A stretch of 64,000 nucleotides of DNA from the NCBI GenBank assembly GCA_963812015.1, contig CAWETI010000003.1:704001-768000 (forward strand). The letters are read 5' to 3'. Positions within the stretch are counted from its first letter, which is position 1; each line of letters starts with the position of its first letter. The notes under the pieces were generated by a model, which saw only the letters and a list, made by a program, of their open reading frames with translations, made no database searches and had not been told where the DNA came from. The position numbers and the translations under genes were made by a program. The DNA comes from an uncultured delta proteobacterium. Its GTDB lineage: Bacteria > Desulfobacterota > Desulfobaccia > Desulfobaccales > 0-14-0-80-60-11. Below, piece by piece: positions 1-10,296 of this stretch.

Positions 1-2520
1 GCCATTGAGCATGAGCAGCAACGCCAGATTGAGGAGCTTGAAGTGGGGTCGGTCATCCTGGCCCCGGGCTTCAAGACATTTGACCCCAGCGGCATAGTCA
101 CCTACGGTTACGGCAAGCACCCTAATGTCTATACCAGTATAGAATTCGAGCGCATCCTCAGTCCCGGCGGCCCGTTCCAAGGGCATGTGAAGCGGCGCTC
201 CGACGGCAAAGAGCCTCAAAAGATCGCCTGGATCCAGTGCGTCGGCATGCGGAGTGACCGGGAAGGTGAACACCCCTATTGCTCCAATTTTTGCTGCATG
301 GCCTCCCTCAAACAGGCGGTCATTGCCCGGGAGCACCTTGGCCCCGATCTGGATATGGCCCTGTTCTATATGGACATCCGCACGCCCCGCAAGGACTTTG
401 AAAAATACATGGTGCGCATCAAGGACCAGGGGGCCCGCCTCATCCGTTCCCGGGTGCACAGCATAAACCCGGTGGGCCATGACGGCGATCTGGAGATCCG
501 GTACGTCACCGAAGCGGGGGAGGTTGCAGACGAAATTTTTGACATGGTGGTCCTTTCGGTGGGGATGGTGATTCCCCCGGCCACCGTGGAATTGGCCAAG
601 AAATTACAGGTCCCCCTGGGTCCCAATAACTTTGTGCAAACCAGCTGTTTTGCGCCGACGACCACGTTGCAGGAGGGGATCTACTCTTGCGGCGCTTTCA
701 ACGGCCCCAAGGACATCCCCCAGTCGGTGATGGAGGGGAGCGCCGCCGCGGCCGCGGCCGCCCAGCCCCTGACTGCGGCCCGGGGCAGCCTGATCAAAGC
801 GAAGGAATATCCGCCGGAAAAGGCGGTGAGCGGGGAAGAGCCCCGCATCGGGGTGTTTGTCTGCAACTGCGGCCTCAACATCGGGGGGGTGGCCGATGTC
901 CCGGCCATCGTGGAATACGCCCGGAATATCCCCAATGTGGAGTATGTCCAGGATAACCTTTTTAGCTGCTCCCAGGATTCCCAGGCCCAGATGGTGGAAA
1001 AAATCGCCGAGCATAACCTGAACCGGGTGGTGGTGGCGGCCTGCAGCCCCTCTACCCATCAGCCTATCTTCCAGGATATGCTCCGCAGCGCCGGCCTCAA
1101 CAAGTATCTCTTTGAGATGGCCAATATTCGCAACCAGTGCACCTGGGTGCACCAGAACGAACCGGATCGGGCCACGGCGAAATGTCAGGACCTGGTGAAC
1201 ATGGGCGTGGCCAAAGCCCGCCTGCTCCAGCCGTTGGAGTACATCACGGTGGGGGTCAATCACCGGGCCCTGGTGATCGGCGGCGGCGTCAGCGGCATGA
1301 CCTCCGCCCTGAACCTGGCGAATCAGGGTTATGAGGTGCACCTGGTGGAACGCAAGTACCGCCTGGGGGGCAACGCCCTGAAACTGCACACCACCTGGCG
1401 TGGCGGCCTGGTGCGGCCCCGCCTGGACGCTTTGATCGACAAGATCACCACCCACGACAACATCATCATCCATTTCAATGCCATGGTCACCGGGGTTTCC
1501 GGGGTGGTGGGAAACTTCACCACGACCCTCTCCACCGGTCAGGCAATTGAGCACGGCATCGTGGTTATCGCCATCGGCGCCGTACCCTTCCAGCCGGAAG
1601 GTCAATACCTTTATAAACAGAACCCCAACGTCCTGCTTTCCCTGGACATGGATACGGAGATCACCGGGGAGACCGAGCGGCTTAAGAAGTCCCAGGCGGT
1701 GGCATTCATCCAGTGCGTCGGTTCCCGGATCCCGGAGCGCCCCTATTGTAACAAGGTGTGCTGCGCCCAATCTGTAGAAAATGCCATCAAGCTGAAAGTG
1801 ATGAACCCGGAGAGGGAGGTGTATATCCTCTACCGGGATATGCGCACCTATGGCGAACGGGAGATGCTGTACCAGCGGGCCCGGGAATTGGGGGTGATCT
1901 TCATCCGTTACATCGTGTCAGAACCGCCCCGGGTGGAAGAAGCGGATGGCCGCCTGAAAATCACGGTGAAGGACCAGGTCCTGGGGAGGCCGGTGAGCTT
2001 CATGGTGGACCTCCTCACCCTGGCCACCGCCATCATCCCCCACCAGAATGCGCCCCTGGCGGAACTCTACAAGATCCCCCTGAACGCCGAGGGCTTTTTC
2101 ACCGAGGCCCACGCCAAGATCAAACCGGTGGAGGCTCCCACCGACGGCATCTACCTGGCCGGGCTCTGTCATTACCCCAAGCCCATCCAGGAATCCATCG
2201 CCGAGTCCCTGGCCTGCGCTTCCCGGGCCACCACCGTGCTGTCCAAGGACTTCTTGCTGATGGATTCCATCATTTCCAATCCCATCGATGAGAACTGCGA
2301 CGGCTGCGCCTTCTGCGTGGACGCCTGCCCGTTTAAGGCCATCACCCTTCTGGAATACATGAAAGAAGGCAACCTCAGGAAGACCGTGGAAGTCAACGCC
2401 ACCCAGTGCAAGGGCTGCGGCTCCTGTATGGCGACTTGTCCCAAGGCGGGCATCTACGTGGCCGGGTTCACCCCGGAACAGCTGGAAGCCCAGGTGGATG
2501 CGGCTTTGGGGCTGATTTAG
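1..2520 (+). CDS. hdrA: HdrA-like FAD/Fe-S heterodisulfide reductase subunit A (large HdrA/HdrL type), 5'-truncated by window edge
   Basis: Frame is open from base 1. Contains two IQCVG..R..YC..xCC HdrA clusters, the VIGGGVSG FAD motif, VVVAACSP, and C-terminal ferredoxin motifs CDGCAFC...CP and CKGCGSC...CP. Adjacent to mvhDGA. Confidence 0.93.
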   Translation, partial: AIEHEQQRQIEELEVGSVILAPGFKTFDPSGIVTYGYGKHPNVYTSIEFERILSPGGPFQGHVKRRSDGKEPQKIAWIQCVGMRSDREGEHPYCSNFCCMASLKQAVIAREHLGPDLDMALFYMDIRTPRKDFEKYMVRIKDQGARLIRSRVHSINPVGHDGDLEIRYVTEAGEVADEIFDMVVLSVGMVIPPATVELAKKLQVPLGPNNFVQTSCFAPTTTLQEGIYSCGAFNGPKDIPQSVMEGSAAAAAAAQPLTAARGSLIKAKEYPPEKAVSGEEPRIGVFVCNCGLNIGGVADVPAIVEYARNIPNVEYVQDNLFSCSQDSQAQMVEKIAEHNLNRVVVAACSPSTHQPIFQDMLRSAGLNKYLFEMANIRNQCTWVHQNEPDRATAKCQDLVNMGVAKARLLQPLEYITVGVNHRALVIGGGVSGMTSALNLANQGYEVHLVERKYRLGGNALKLHTTWRGGLVRPRLDALIDKITTHDNIIIHFNAMVTGVSGVVGNFTTTLSTGQAIEHGIVVIAIGAVPFQPEGQYLYKQNPNVLLSLDMDTEITGETERLKKSQAVAFIQCVGSRIPERPYCNKVCCAQSVENAIKLKVMNPEREVYILYRDMRTYGEREMLYQRARELGVIFIRYIVSEPPRVEEADGRLKITVKDQVLGRPVSFMVDLLTLATAIIPHQNAPLAELYKIPLNAEGFFTEAHAKIKPVEAPTDGIYLAGLCHYPKPIQESIAESLACASRATTVLSKDFLLMDSIISNPIDENCDGCAFCVDACPFKAITLLEYMKEGNLRKTVEVNATQCKGCGSCMATCPKAGIYVAGFTPEQLEAQVDAALGLI

Positions 2521-2686
2521 CAGTAAGCCGCGAGCAGTGAGCAGAGGCGAGGCGGCCATGCCCCACTGCTTCTCCAGGAAAAAGGAGATTTGGATGTGCT
2601 CCCGTCCCCGCGTTGTAGTGGGGAGCCGGGAAGAAGTGAGGCTTTTGGTTTAAAAAGCCGACCGCTGACAGCCAAGGGGTTTTAAC

Positions 2687-3106
2687 ATGGAAGACCAGTA
2701 CGAACCGCTGATTGTCGCTTTCTGCTGCAACTGGTGCTCTTACGCCGGGGCCGACCTGGCCGGGGTCTCCCGGATTCAGTATCCCGCCAACGGTCGCATC
2801 ATCCGGGTGATGTGCTCGGGGATGGTCCACCCCAACCTGGTGATCAACGCCCTCACCAAAGGCGCCGACGGCGTCCTGGTGTGCGGGTGACACCTGGGCG
2901 AATGTCATTACCTGGAAGGTAATAAAAAAGCCCAAGACCGAGCGGAAGGAATTGATTTAATGCTGGAAGACTTCGGCCTGGAGCCGGAGCGGTTCCGGAT
3001 CGAGTGGATTGCGTCCGCGGAAGCCCAGAAATTCGCGGACGTGATGACGGAGATGACCGAAGCCTTACGGATGCTGGGCCCCAGCCCATACAGCACCAGG
3101 GCATGA
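2687..3106 (+). CDS. mvhD: MvhD [2Fe-2S] hydrogenase subunit, selenoprotein (TGA 2888-2890 = Sec68)
   Basis: [12 protein letters not shown] and RVMCSG motifs. [19 protein letters not shown] continues in frame with [16 protein letters not shown] to TGA at 3104-3106. The internal TGA occupies the conserved Cys of GCHxGxCHY. Confidence 0.93.
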
Positions 3107-3242
3107 TGCAGAGAAACCGGCGAAGCGGGCACAAGGGGGACCGGGAATGGAACAGGGAAGGCTCAGGCTTTCTCTCCCATGTCGCCGCGTCGCCTTTGGC
3201 CTGATTCGCTTCTTTTTTTTAGCTTAGGAAGGAGATACGCTC

Positions 3243-3440
3243 ATGGACATCCCCTTGGCCAGAAAGGTCAACGGCAAAAAATTCATGTGGGACGGCGTCG
3301 TCTACGAGAGTGACGAGCAGGCCCAACAGGTTATGGAGGACTATGCCAAAGACGGATTCGAGGTAGAAAAGGTGGTCGAGGACGGCCAGTTCCTGGTGTA
3401 CAACCGCAGGGTCGCGGAAGCCGCACCAGCGAATAGTTAA
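3243..3440 (+). CDS. small hypothetical protein (65 aa) inside the hdr/mvh operon
   Basis: AAGGAG RBS, operon position, natural-looking sequence KKFMWDG..Y. Confidence 0.75.
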   Translation: MDIPLARKVNGKKFMWDGVVYESDEQAQQVMEDYAKDGFEVEKVVEDGQFLVYNRRVAEAAPANS

Positions 3441-3521
3441 CCGGAAGGGCCAGGGTGCGGGCGGCAGCTAGTCGGACACCGAAAAGCTGACTGCTGGGCA
3501 CTTACCAAAGGAGGGCACACC

Positions 3522-4466
3522 ATGCCGGTAAATGTAGTGTCAGAGTGGTTGAATGCCTGCTCCGGTTGTGAGATCTCCATTCTCAACACCGGGGAGGCGT
3601 TGTTGGACCTGTTACCCCATCTCAATTTTGTCCACATCCCCGCTTTAGTAGATCATAAGTATTATGGTCAACTGGGGGATGGGGCGACCCTGGAGATCCC
3701 CGAGGCCGTAGTGGGTATCGTCTCCGGTGGCGTCCGCAACACCGAGCACGAGCACGTTTTGAAAGCGGTAAGGGAGAAGGTGAAATTCCTCATTGCCCTG
3801 GGCAGTTGTGCGGGCTTTGGGGGCGTGCCGGCCGAGGCCAACATGTGGAAGGGCGAGGAAGTCTTCGACAAAGTCTTCCGCCATTGCGTCACCACCGAGC
3901 CGTCCGCGGACCCCAAAGACCCCAATGTGCCCGTGTGGACGCCCAGCTGCAAGGCCCTGGACGAAGTGGTCAAGGTGGATATCACCATTCCCGGCTGTCC
4001 GCCCCACCCGGATTGGATTGCCGAGGCCCTCACCGCCTTGCTGGAAGGCAAGACGGCCTGGGCCCTGCCGGAGCGGAGCGTGTGCGACACCTGTCCGGTC
4101 ATCCGGGAGAAGAAATCTGGCGGCGGCCCCATCAAACGGGGTTTGACCAACATCGATTTCAACCCCGAAGAAGGCCTGGAGAAGATGCGCTGCATCAATG
4201 AGCAGGGCTTTTTCTGTATGGGGCCGGTAACCCTGGCGGGCTGCGCCGGCAAGACCGGGGTGCCTCGCTGCGTGCAGGCCCGGACTCCGTGCCGGGGTTG
4301 TTTCGGCCCCATCCGCAAGGGGGCCCGGCCCATGGTGGACATGATGGGCGCCCTGACCTCGGTGGGTCTGGATCCCAAAACCTTGATAGACCGTCGGGCC
4401 ATCATGAATCGCTATATCGGCGCGCATGGCTTCCTGACACCGCTGCCGGCCCGGCCGGCACGATAG
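3522..4466 (+). CDS. mvhG: group 3c [NiFe]-hydrogenase small subunit MvhG
   Basis: CSGCEIS, GSCAGFGG, PGCPPHP, CDTC, CMGPVT, CRGCFGP motifs. Confidence 0.93.
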   Translation: MPVNVVSEWLNACSGCEISILNTGEALLDLLPHLNFVHIPALVDHKYYGQLGDGATLEIPEAVVGIVSGGVRNTEHEHVLKAVREKVKFLIALGSCAGFGGVPAEANMWKGEEVFDKVFRHCVTTEPSADPKDPNVPVWTPSCKALDEVVKVDITIPGCPPHPDWIAEALTALLEGKTAWALPERSVCDTCPVIREKKSGGGPIKRGLTNIDFNPEEGLEKMRCINEQGFFCMGPVTLAGCAGKTGVPRCVQARTPCRGCFGPIRKGARPMVDMMGALTSVGLDPKTLIDRRAIMNRYIGAHGFLTPLPARPAR

Positions 4467-4478
4467 GGGGTGAGGACT

Positions 4479-5921
4479 ATGGGAAAAGTAATCAATATTC
4501 AACCGGTTACCCGGATCGAAGGCCACGCCAAGGTGGCCATCACGCTGGATGATGCAGGCAACGTCACCGATACCAAGGTGCACGTCCAGGCGCTGCGCGG
4601 CTTTGAAAAATTCTGCGAAGGCCGCCCGGTGGAGGAAATGCCCCGGATCGTCTGCCACATCTGCGGCATCTGTCCCTGGGCCCATCACCTGGCTTCCAGC
4701 AAGGCGGCCGACGCCTGCCTGGGAGTGACGCCGCCCCCCGCGGCGGTGAAACTGCGCCGGCTGATGCAAAGTATCGCCTACGTCAGCGACAAGATCCTCC
4801 ACTTCTACTTCCTGGCGGCGCCGGACTTCGTCATCGGCCCCGACGCCGACTACTCGGTGCGCAACGTAGTGGGCATTATCCAGGCGGCTCCGGACATCGC
4901 CAAGAAGGTGGTGCAGATGCGCCACATGGGGGCCCAGATGCTGGAGCACTTCGCGGGCCGAGCCATCCATCCCACCTTCTCCCAGGCCGGCGGGGTCAGC
5001 AAGCCCATGACCGAAACCGAGCGGAAGGAGATGCTGCCCCTGGCCAATGAACTGCTGGAGTTCTCCAAGTTCTCCATCAACTTCGCCAAGGAAAACGTCT
5101 TTCCCAAGTACCTGGATGCCATCAAATCCATCGGGGTCATCAAGGTAGGGTGTATGGGCACCGTCACGGACGACGGCGCCCTGGACTTCTACGACGGCAA
5201 ACTGCGGCTGATGAAGCCCGACGGCACCTACGATGATTTCGCCTACGATCAGTACGTGGACTACATCGGGGAGTGGGTGGAGCCCTGGTCCTACCAGAAG
5301 TTCCCCTATGCCAAGAAGTGGGGCAAACTCGACATGTCCCTGGACCACCCCGTGGGCGTCTACCGCACCAACTGTTTGGCCCGGATCAACGTGGCCGACA
5401 AGATGAAAACGCCTTTGGCCCAGGCGGAGTTGGAGGAGTTCCGGGCGGCATTTGGCCGGCCGGCCCACTTCACCCTGCTGTACCACTACGCCCGCCTCAT
5501 CGAACTGGTGCAGGCGGCGGAGACCGCGGTGCAGCTGTTGAACGACCCGGAGATCACCAGCCCGGACATCCGGGCGAAGGTCGAACCCAAAGCCGGCCGG
5601 GGCATCGGCTGCGTGGAAGCCCCCCGGGGCACGTTGATCCACGACTACACCTGTGACGACAATGGCCTGATCACCAACGTCAACCTGATTGTGGGCACCA
5701 CTCACAACAACGCCGCCATCAACATGTCGGTCAACCAGGCGGCCAAGACCTTCATCAAGGACGGCAAGTATGACCAGGGAATCCTGAACAAGGTGGAAAT
5801 GGCCATACGCGCCTACGACCCGTGACTGAGCTGCGCCACTCACCGCCTGGATGGCGGTGTCGCTGTGGAAGTCACCTTCTTGAATCAGAAACAAGAGGTG
5901 ATCGACCAGCTCAGGAACTAA
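4479..5921 (+). CDS. mvhA: group 3c [NiFeSe]-hydrogenase large subunit MvhA, selenoprotein (TGA 5823-5825)
   Basis: PVTRIEGH and L1 motif [12 protein letters not shown]2 motif reads RAYDP-TGA-LSCATH (DPUxxCxxH), followed by a 25-aa C-terminal extension to TAA 5919-5921. ATG 4479 follows GGGGTGAGG. Confidence 0.94.
5841..5859 (+). promoter_or_regulatory. putative bacterial SECIS hairpin of mvhA
   Basis: Perfect stem CACCGCC-tggat-GGCGGTG starting 15 nt after the Sec TGA. Confidence 0.7.
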
Positions 5922-5950
5922 GTAAGCGGTCAGTTATCAGCAAAAAAATG

Positions 5951-5990
5951 GAGCCACAGGGAATAGCCAAAGCCCTGTGGCTCTATTTTT
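5951..5990. terminator. bidirectional intrinsic terminator
   Basis: GAGCCACAGGG..CCCTGTGGCTC stem with T-tract after and A-tract before, between convergent genes. Confidence 0.75.
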
Positions 5991-6089
5991 CTCGCTCCTC
6001 AGCCCTGGTGGGGAGCGAAAATATGGCCCAAGCTTTGCTTGGATGCAGTTCGTCAGGGTAAATGACGGCCCGGAGCAGCCGGGCCCAGG

Positions 6090-6644
6090 TCATTTCCCCG
6101 CCTTGCCCCGGGATTTGAATTCCCGGTGGCAGGAGGCCATGCAGTTTTGCAGATCGCGCAATTCATGGAGCATGAATTCCTGCTGGCGGTTGGCCACGGC
6201 GTGCTGCAAGTTGGCCAGGTGGTCCAGATATTCCTGCATGGCCCCCTGCCAGTCCGGCTCGGCCATGGCCGCAAAAGCCTGGGAGCTGGCCACGAAGTCT
6301 TCCAAGGTTCGGGCCTCGGGAAAGGCGCCCTGGCCCACCGCCTGCTGGAGCGCCTTAAAGTCGGCGCCCAGGCGCTTCTTGACGCTTTTCAGGGAGTCCT
6401 GCCAGCGGCTGACTTGGTCCCGACCCCCCCGGTCATAGTCCCCCAATGTGGACCAGGACCAGCTCAGCTTGGCATGTATGCGCCCCTTCTTTTCCTTGAA
6501 CTCCATGCTGACGTCCAGGTCATCCGGCGCGGTCCAGTGGCGCCCCTGGACTTCCAGGCCGCCCCGGCGCAGTTGCTCACTTAAATTTTTCAGATAATCC
6601 GCCAGCACCAGCCGGCTCCAGGTCCGTTCGTCTTTTTCTCCCAT
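6090..6644 (-). CDS. amphi-Trp/XXXCH domain protein (GAK-system type)
   Basis: N-terminal LADYLKNLSEQLRRG...KLSWSW and C-terminal NCMASCHREFK, resembling amphi-Trp plus XXXCH domains. Confidence 0.65.
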   Translation of the reverse strand: MGEKDERTWSRLVLADYLKNLSEQLRRGGLEVQGRHWTAPDDLDVSMEFKEKKGRIHAKLSWSWSTLGDYDRGGRDQVSRWQDSLKSVKKRLGADFKALQQAVGQGAFPEARTLEDFVASSQAFAAMAEPDWQGAMQEYLDHLANLQHAVANRQQEFMLHELRDLQNCMASCHREFKSRGKAGK

Positions 6645-6724
6645 GCCGGGTCACCTCATTGGCGTTAAAAAGTGGGGCTGGATCAGGTGATCGCCATGCC
6701 GATGGCCGAAAGTCGCGGCGGCCA

Positions 6725-8635
6725 TCAGCCGATGACTTCATCCCGCTCGATGAGCCGTGCCATTTCCTCGTCCCGGAGGACCATCTCTTCTCCCCGGAGC
6801 AACCTTCCCACCGCGGTGAGGAGATGCCGGGCGGCCAGTTGATTGGGCAGGTAGACATAGTCAGCCCCGGCGTTATAGAGCGCCAGGGCCCGGGACGGAC
6901 TTTCGGCGGTGACGATGATCCGGGCCTTCGGGGCGGTCTTCTTGATCCGATCAATTAATTTGAGATTATCCGTCCCCACCAGGATCTCATCGGGGATGGT
7001 GGAGATGACGAGCTTGGCCGCTTCAAGGCCGGCGTGGTGCAGAGTTTCCGAGTTGCTGATGTCGCCATAGACGACCTTGACGCCGTGGTGCGGCAATTTC
7101 TGCAATACCCCCGGGTTGAAATCCACCACCACCAGCCGGTCTTTAATATCCACCGCGGCGTCTTCGATTTCCTGAATGAAGGCGCTGGCGACCCGGAAAA
7201 AGCCCAGGATGGCAATGTCTTTATGGACCTCCACCTGGTCCGGGGTATCGCTCTTAAGATCCCGGAAGCCGATAAAACCCAGGCCTTTACTCAAGCAGGC
7301 CTGGAGATTATGATTGTACTTGATCATGTAGGTGGAGGCGACGGAGGTCATCACAAACACAAAGATGATAATGGTTTGAATGTCCGGGACAATATGCCGC
7401 TCTTTGATGCCGATGACGGTGATCACCAGGGCGAACTCGCTGAGCTGGGACAGGTTGATGGAGGTCAGGAGGCTGATCCGGTTGCCGTTTTTTAGGAAAT
7501 AAAGGATGGGAAAGACCGAGAGGAACCGGGAGGCGATGAGAAAGAGGGCCGCGGCCCCCGCCACCAGGAACATCCCCAGGTTGTCCAGGGGATTGGGAAT
7601 TGCCATCCCCAACGCCACAAAAAACAAGGTGATGAAAAAATCCCGGATGTTGACGATTTTGGCAATGATATCAAGGTTGTAAGGAAAGGTGGAGATGGCC
7701 ACCCCGGCAATCAGGGCCCCCATTTCCATGGAGAGGCCGAACGAGCTGGCCAGGCCGGCGATGAGGAAACACCATCCCAGGGAGGCCACCAGGATAAGTT
7801 CCGGGAGTCGGGCAATTTTGCGGAAGATATATCCCAACACGTATTTGCTGAGGACCAGACTGAAGATGACGAGCAGCCCGGCCTCGCCGAACTGCCACAA
7901 GATTTCCAGGAACTGGGGGTTGGCCAGAGTGGACTGGATGCTCAAAAGCACGATGGCCCAGATATCCTGAAAGACTAGGACGCCCAGGGTGAGCCGGCCG
8001 GCCAGGGTGTCCAGTTCGAACTTCTCATAGAGCAGCTTCACCACAATGGTGGTGCTGCTGAGGGCCATACACACGGCTAAATAGAGCAGATCGTATTCGC
8101 CGCCCAGGACCTTGACGCCGAAGATGCGATACTCATAGGGTTCGCCGATGGTGAACCCCAGCAGCATGAAGAAGCCCAGGCCCATGGCGGCGCAGAGAAT
8201 GAACTGGAAAATGCCCGTGGCAATAAGGGATTTGCCCGATTCCTTTAACTTCTTCAGGTCCAACTCCAGCCCGATCATGAACAACAGGAGGATCAGGCCG
8301 ATTTCGGCGATAATCCGGATGTCCGCCTGGCTCTGGACCCAGCCGAAGCCGAAACGGGGGCCGATGGCTGCGCCGGCGGCAATGTAGGCCAGCAACAGCG
8401 GCTGCTTAAACAGGTAGGCCAGATAGGCCAGAACCGTGGCGGCCAGAATGCTGATGCCGATGGCCGACAGCAGGCCGTGGCCGCTGCCGTCAGTGCTGGC
8501 CCAGGCAACTCCGGGGGTCGAGAGCACGAGCGCCGCTAACAGGAGAAGCCTGAATGGCCGATACCTGAACCTGACCAACCGGGCCGAGGTCAACCCCGCC
8601 CTCCTCCTTCCTGATATCCAGAGCCCCATAATCAC
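6725..8635 (-). CDS. CPA2/Kef-type cation:proton antiporter with C-terminal TrkA-N (RCK) domain
   Basis: Many TM helices, LLFMIGLELD, SSTTIVVK, LVFQD and QLSEFA motifs, C-terminal YGD...AGADYV; exact start uncertain. Confidence 0.88.
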   Translation of the reverse strand: MIMGLWISGRRRAGLTSARLVRFRYRPFRLLLLAALVLSTPGVAWASTDGSGHGLLSAIGISILAATVLAYLAYLFKQPLLLAYIAAGAAIGPRFGFGWVQSQADIRIIAEIGLILLLFMIGLELDLKKLKESGKSLIATGIFQFILCAAMGLGFFMLLGFTIGEPYEYRIFGVKVLGGEYDLLYLAVCMALSSTTIVVKLLYEKFELDTLAGRLTLGVLVFQDIWAIVLLSIQSTLANPQFLEILWQFGEAGLLVIFSLVLSKYVLGYIFRKIARLPELILVASLGWCFLIAGLASSFGLSMEMGALIAGVAISTFPYNLDIIAKIVNIRDFFITLFFVALGMAIPNPLDNLGMFLVAGAAALFLIASRFLSVFPILYFLKNGNRISLLTSINLSQLSEFALVITVIGIKERHIVPDIQTIIIFVFVMTSVASTYMIKYNHNLQACLSKGLGFIGFRDLKSDTPDQVEVHKDIAILGFFRVASAFIQEIEDAAVDIKDRLVVVDFNPGVLQKLPHHGVKVVYGDISNSETLHHAGLEAAKLVISTIPDEILVGTDNLKLIDRIKKTAPKARIIVTAESPSRALALYNAGADYVYLPNQLAARHLLTAVGRLLRGEEMVLRDEEMARLIERDEVIG

Positions 8636-8832
8636 CTCTTTCCTCTATGACTTCTTCGGACCAGCCTGAGAAAATAGTTAAGGAGCCGGAGACTATCCGA
8701 GCTAAAAAAACATACCATGGCTGGAAACGAATTTTGCAGGCTCTTAAAAAAAAAGCCCAGGATTTTGGATCCGAGGCCAACGTCCAGCCTGGAGTGGCGA
8801 AGCTGATGAAGAGGCTGATTGATTAAAATAAC

Positions 8833-8883
8833 TGGCGCCCCCGGCCCGACTCGAACGGGCGACACATGGATTATGAATCCATT
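8833..8883 (-). repeat. att direct repeat: copy of tRNA-Arg 3' half (left island boundary)
   Basis: 8833-8883 matches 62876-62926 at 50/51 positions; the single mismatch is 8874 T vs 62917 G. Confidence 0.95.
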
Positions 8884-9009
8884 TCAATATAAGTAGACCG
8901 TAAATCCCTCAAGTTCACACAAGTAGAAAAATCCCTTTACAATCAATAGTTATATATGGTATAGAAGGTGTCAGTAGTAGACAGTAATTAAACTAAGTTC
9001 ACTTATTAA

Positions 9010-9030
9010 GGTTATCCCTTGGTTATCCCT
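9010..9030. promoter_or_regulatory. putative integrase arm-type binding sites (left)
   Basis: GGTTATCCCT twice with 11-bp period (9010, 9021); identical tandem at 62789 and 62800. Confidence 0.75.
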
Positions 9031-9045
9031 TGGGCGGAGGCGGTC

Positions 9046-10215
9046 ATGGCGAAGAAAATATCTGTCAAGAAATATGCCGGGGTTTATTACACGGAATCTG
9101 TCGCGAAGAAGTGGCGGGAACGCGCCGACCGTATCTACTGGGTAGCCTTCAAGGACGCCAAGACCAATAAGCTGCGCTGGGAGCGGTGCGGCTGGGCCTC
9201 TGAGGGCTGGACTCCGGAAGCTGCACAAAGGCGCCGGCATGAACTTTTAGAGCAGGACAGAGCGGGAGACTATAAGCCCAAGCAGGAGCGCAAGTCCGAT
9301 CAACTGACTTTCGGGGAACTCATGGAAAAGCATTATCTCGCATGGGCAAAAGAACACAAGGGGCATTCCTTAGGTGATTTTTCTCGTTATACCCATTGGC
9401 TCAAGCCCCGGTTTGCCACCAAAGCCTTGAAGGATATTTCACCCCTGGATCTGGAACGCCTGAAAAGGGAAATGCGGGAGGCAGGGAAAAGCGAAGCCAC
9501 GGTAAGGCACGTGCTCTGCATAGTCCGTCAGGGTTTCAACAAGGCTGTGGTCTGGCGGTTGTGGTCAGGTGAGAACCCTTGTAAGGGAGTGTCGTTTCCC
9601 TCCCCCAATAATGCCCGGCAAAGGTTTTTGAGCCAGGAAGAAGCGGCCAAAGTTCTTGAATCTTTGCGGCGTCGTAGTGATCAAGTGGCCCGGATCGCTA
9701 CCTTGTCGCTTTATGGTGGCTTGCGCTTGGGGGAAGTTCTGGGACTCAGATGGTCCAACGTGGATCTCAAGAACGGGATCATATTCGTGCAAGACAGCAA
9801 AAACCGAGAATCCAGACCCATTTTCATCACCGAACCCATAAAGCAGGTTTTGGGTGAATTAACCCCTGGGGCCCCGGATGAACTCCTATTCAAGACCAAA
9901 GCCGGTAATCCCGTTCAACAGTTGAGCAAGTCTTTTGCTATCACGGTGAACGAACTCAAATTAAACGAAGGCGTCTCGGACCCCCGAGAGCGTGTCAGCT
10001 TTCACACCTTGCGGCACACCTATGCTTCTTGGGCAGTTATGGCTGGCGTACCCATCTACATCGTGGGGAAATCCATCGGCCACAAGACAATGGCCATGAC
10101 CCAGCGTTATGCTCACTTGGCCCCCGAGAGCCACAGGGCAGCTTTTGAGGCCGTAGCTCAAAGCGGCAAGGTGAACGGCAATAACCTCCAGGTGGTGAAC
10201 CTGGAGGATAAATAA
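9046..10215 (+). CDS. tyrosine recombinase / phage-type integrase
   Basis: GLRLGEVLGLRW, K (DSKN), FHTLRHTYAS, GHKT..MTQRY catalytic residues; GGAGG RBS before ATG 9046. Confidence 0.95.
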   Translation: MAKKISVKKYAGVYYTESVAKKWRERADRIYWVAFKDAKTNKLRWERCGWASEGWTPEAAQRRRHELLEQDRAGDYKPKQERKSDQLTFGELMEKHYLAWAKEHKGHSLGDFSRYTHWLKPRFATKALKDISPLDLERLKREMREAGKSEATVRHVLCIVRQGFNKAVVWRLWSGENPCKGVSFPSPNNARQRFLSQEEAAKVLESLRRRSDQVARIATLSLYGGLRLGEVLGLRWSNVDLKNGIIFVQDSKNRESRPIFITEPIKQVLGELTPGAPDELLFKTKAGNPVQQLSKSFAITVNELKLNEGVSDPRERVSFHTLRHTYASWAVMAGVPIYIVGKSIGHKTMAMTQRYAHLAPESHRAAFEAVAQSGKVNGNNLQVVNLEDK

Positions 10216-10296
10216 ACGGGCCGGCCCGAGTGCGGAGACACCCAGACCGGCCTTAACCACCCCACAAACCTATCAAGGAGATTCATGTCATGGCTG
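10210..10296 (-). ncRNA. putative SymR-like cis-antisense RNA (copy 1)
   Basis: Extended -10 TGGTAAACT on the minus strand at about 10303-10311. Covers the RBS/ATG of ORF 10290 and ends in a GGCCGG..CCGGCC hairpin plus T-rich tail. Homologous to copies at 34407 and 59813. Confidence 0.55.

Noticed and set aside
2888..2890. mvhD and mvhA as truncated pseudogenes
   Set aside because: The TGAs fall exactly at conserved Cys positions and the frames continue with conserved sequence, so Sec is the better explanation.
3645..5894. 749-aa minus-strand ORF (likewise 38980-40752, 604-1770 and 36198-36803)
   Set aside because: Antisense shadows of well-supported genes in GC-rich DNA, with no family motifs.
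8833..8883. Second tRNA gene (apparent CAT anticodon)
   Set aside because: It lacks the D arm and 5' acceptor strand; it is the att duplication.
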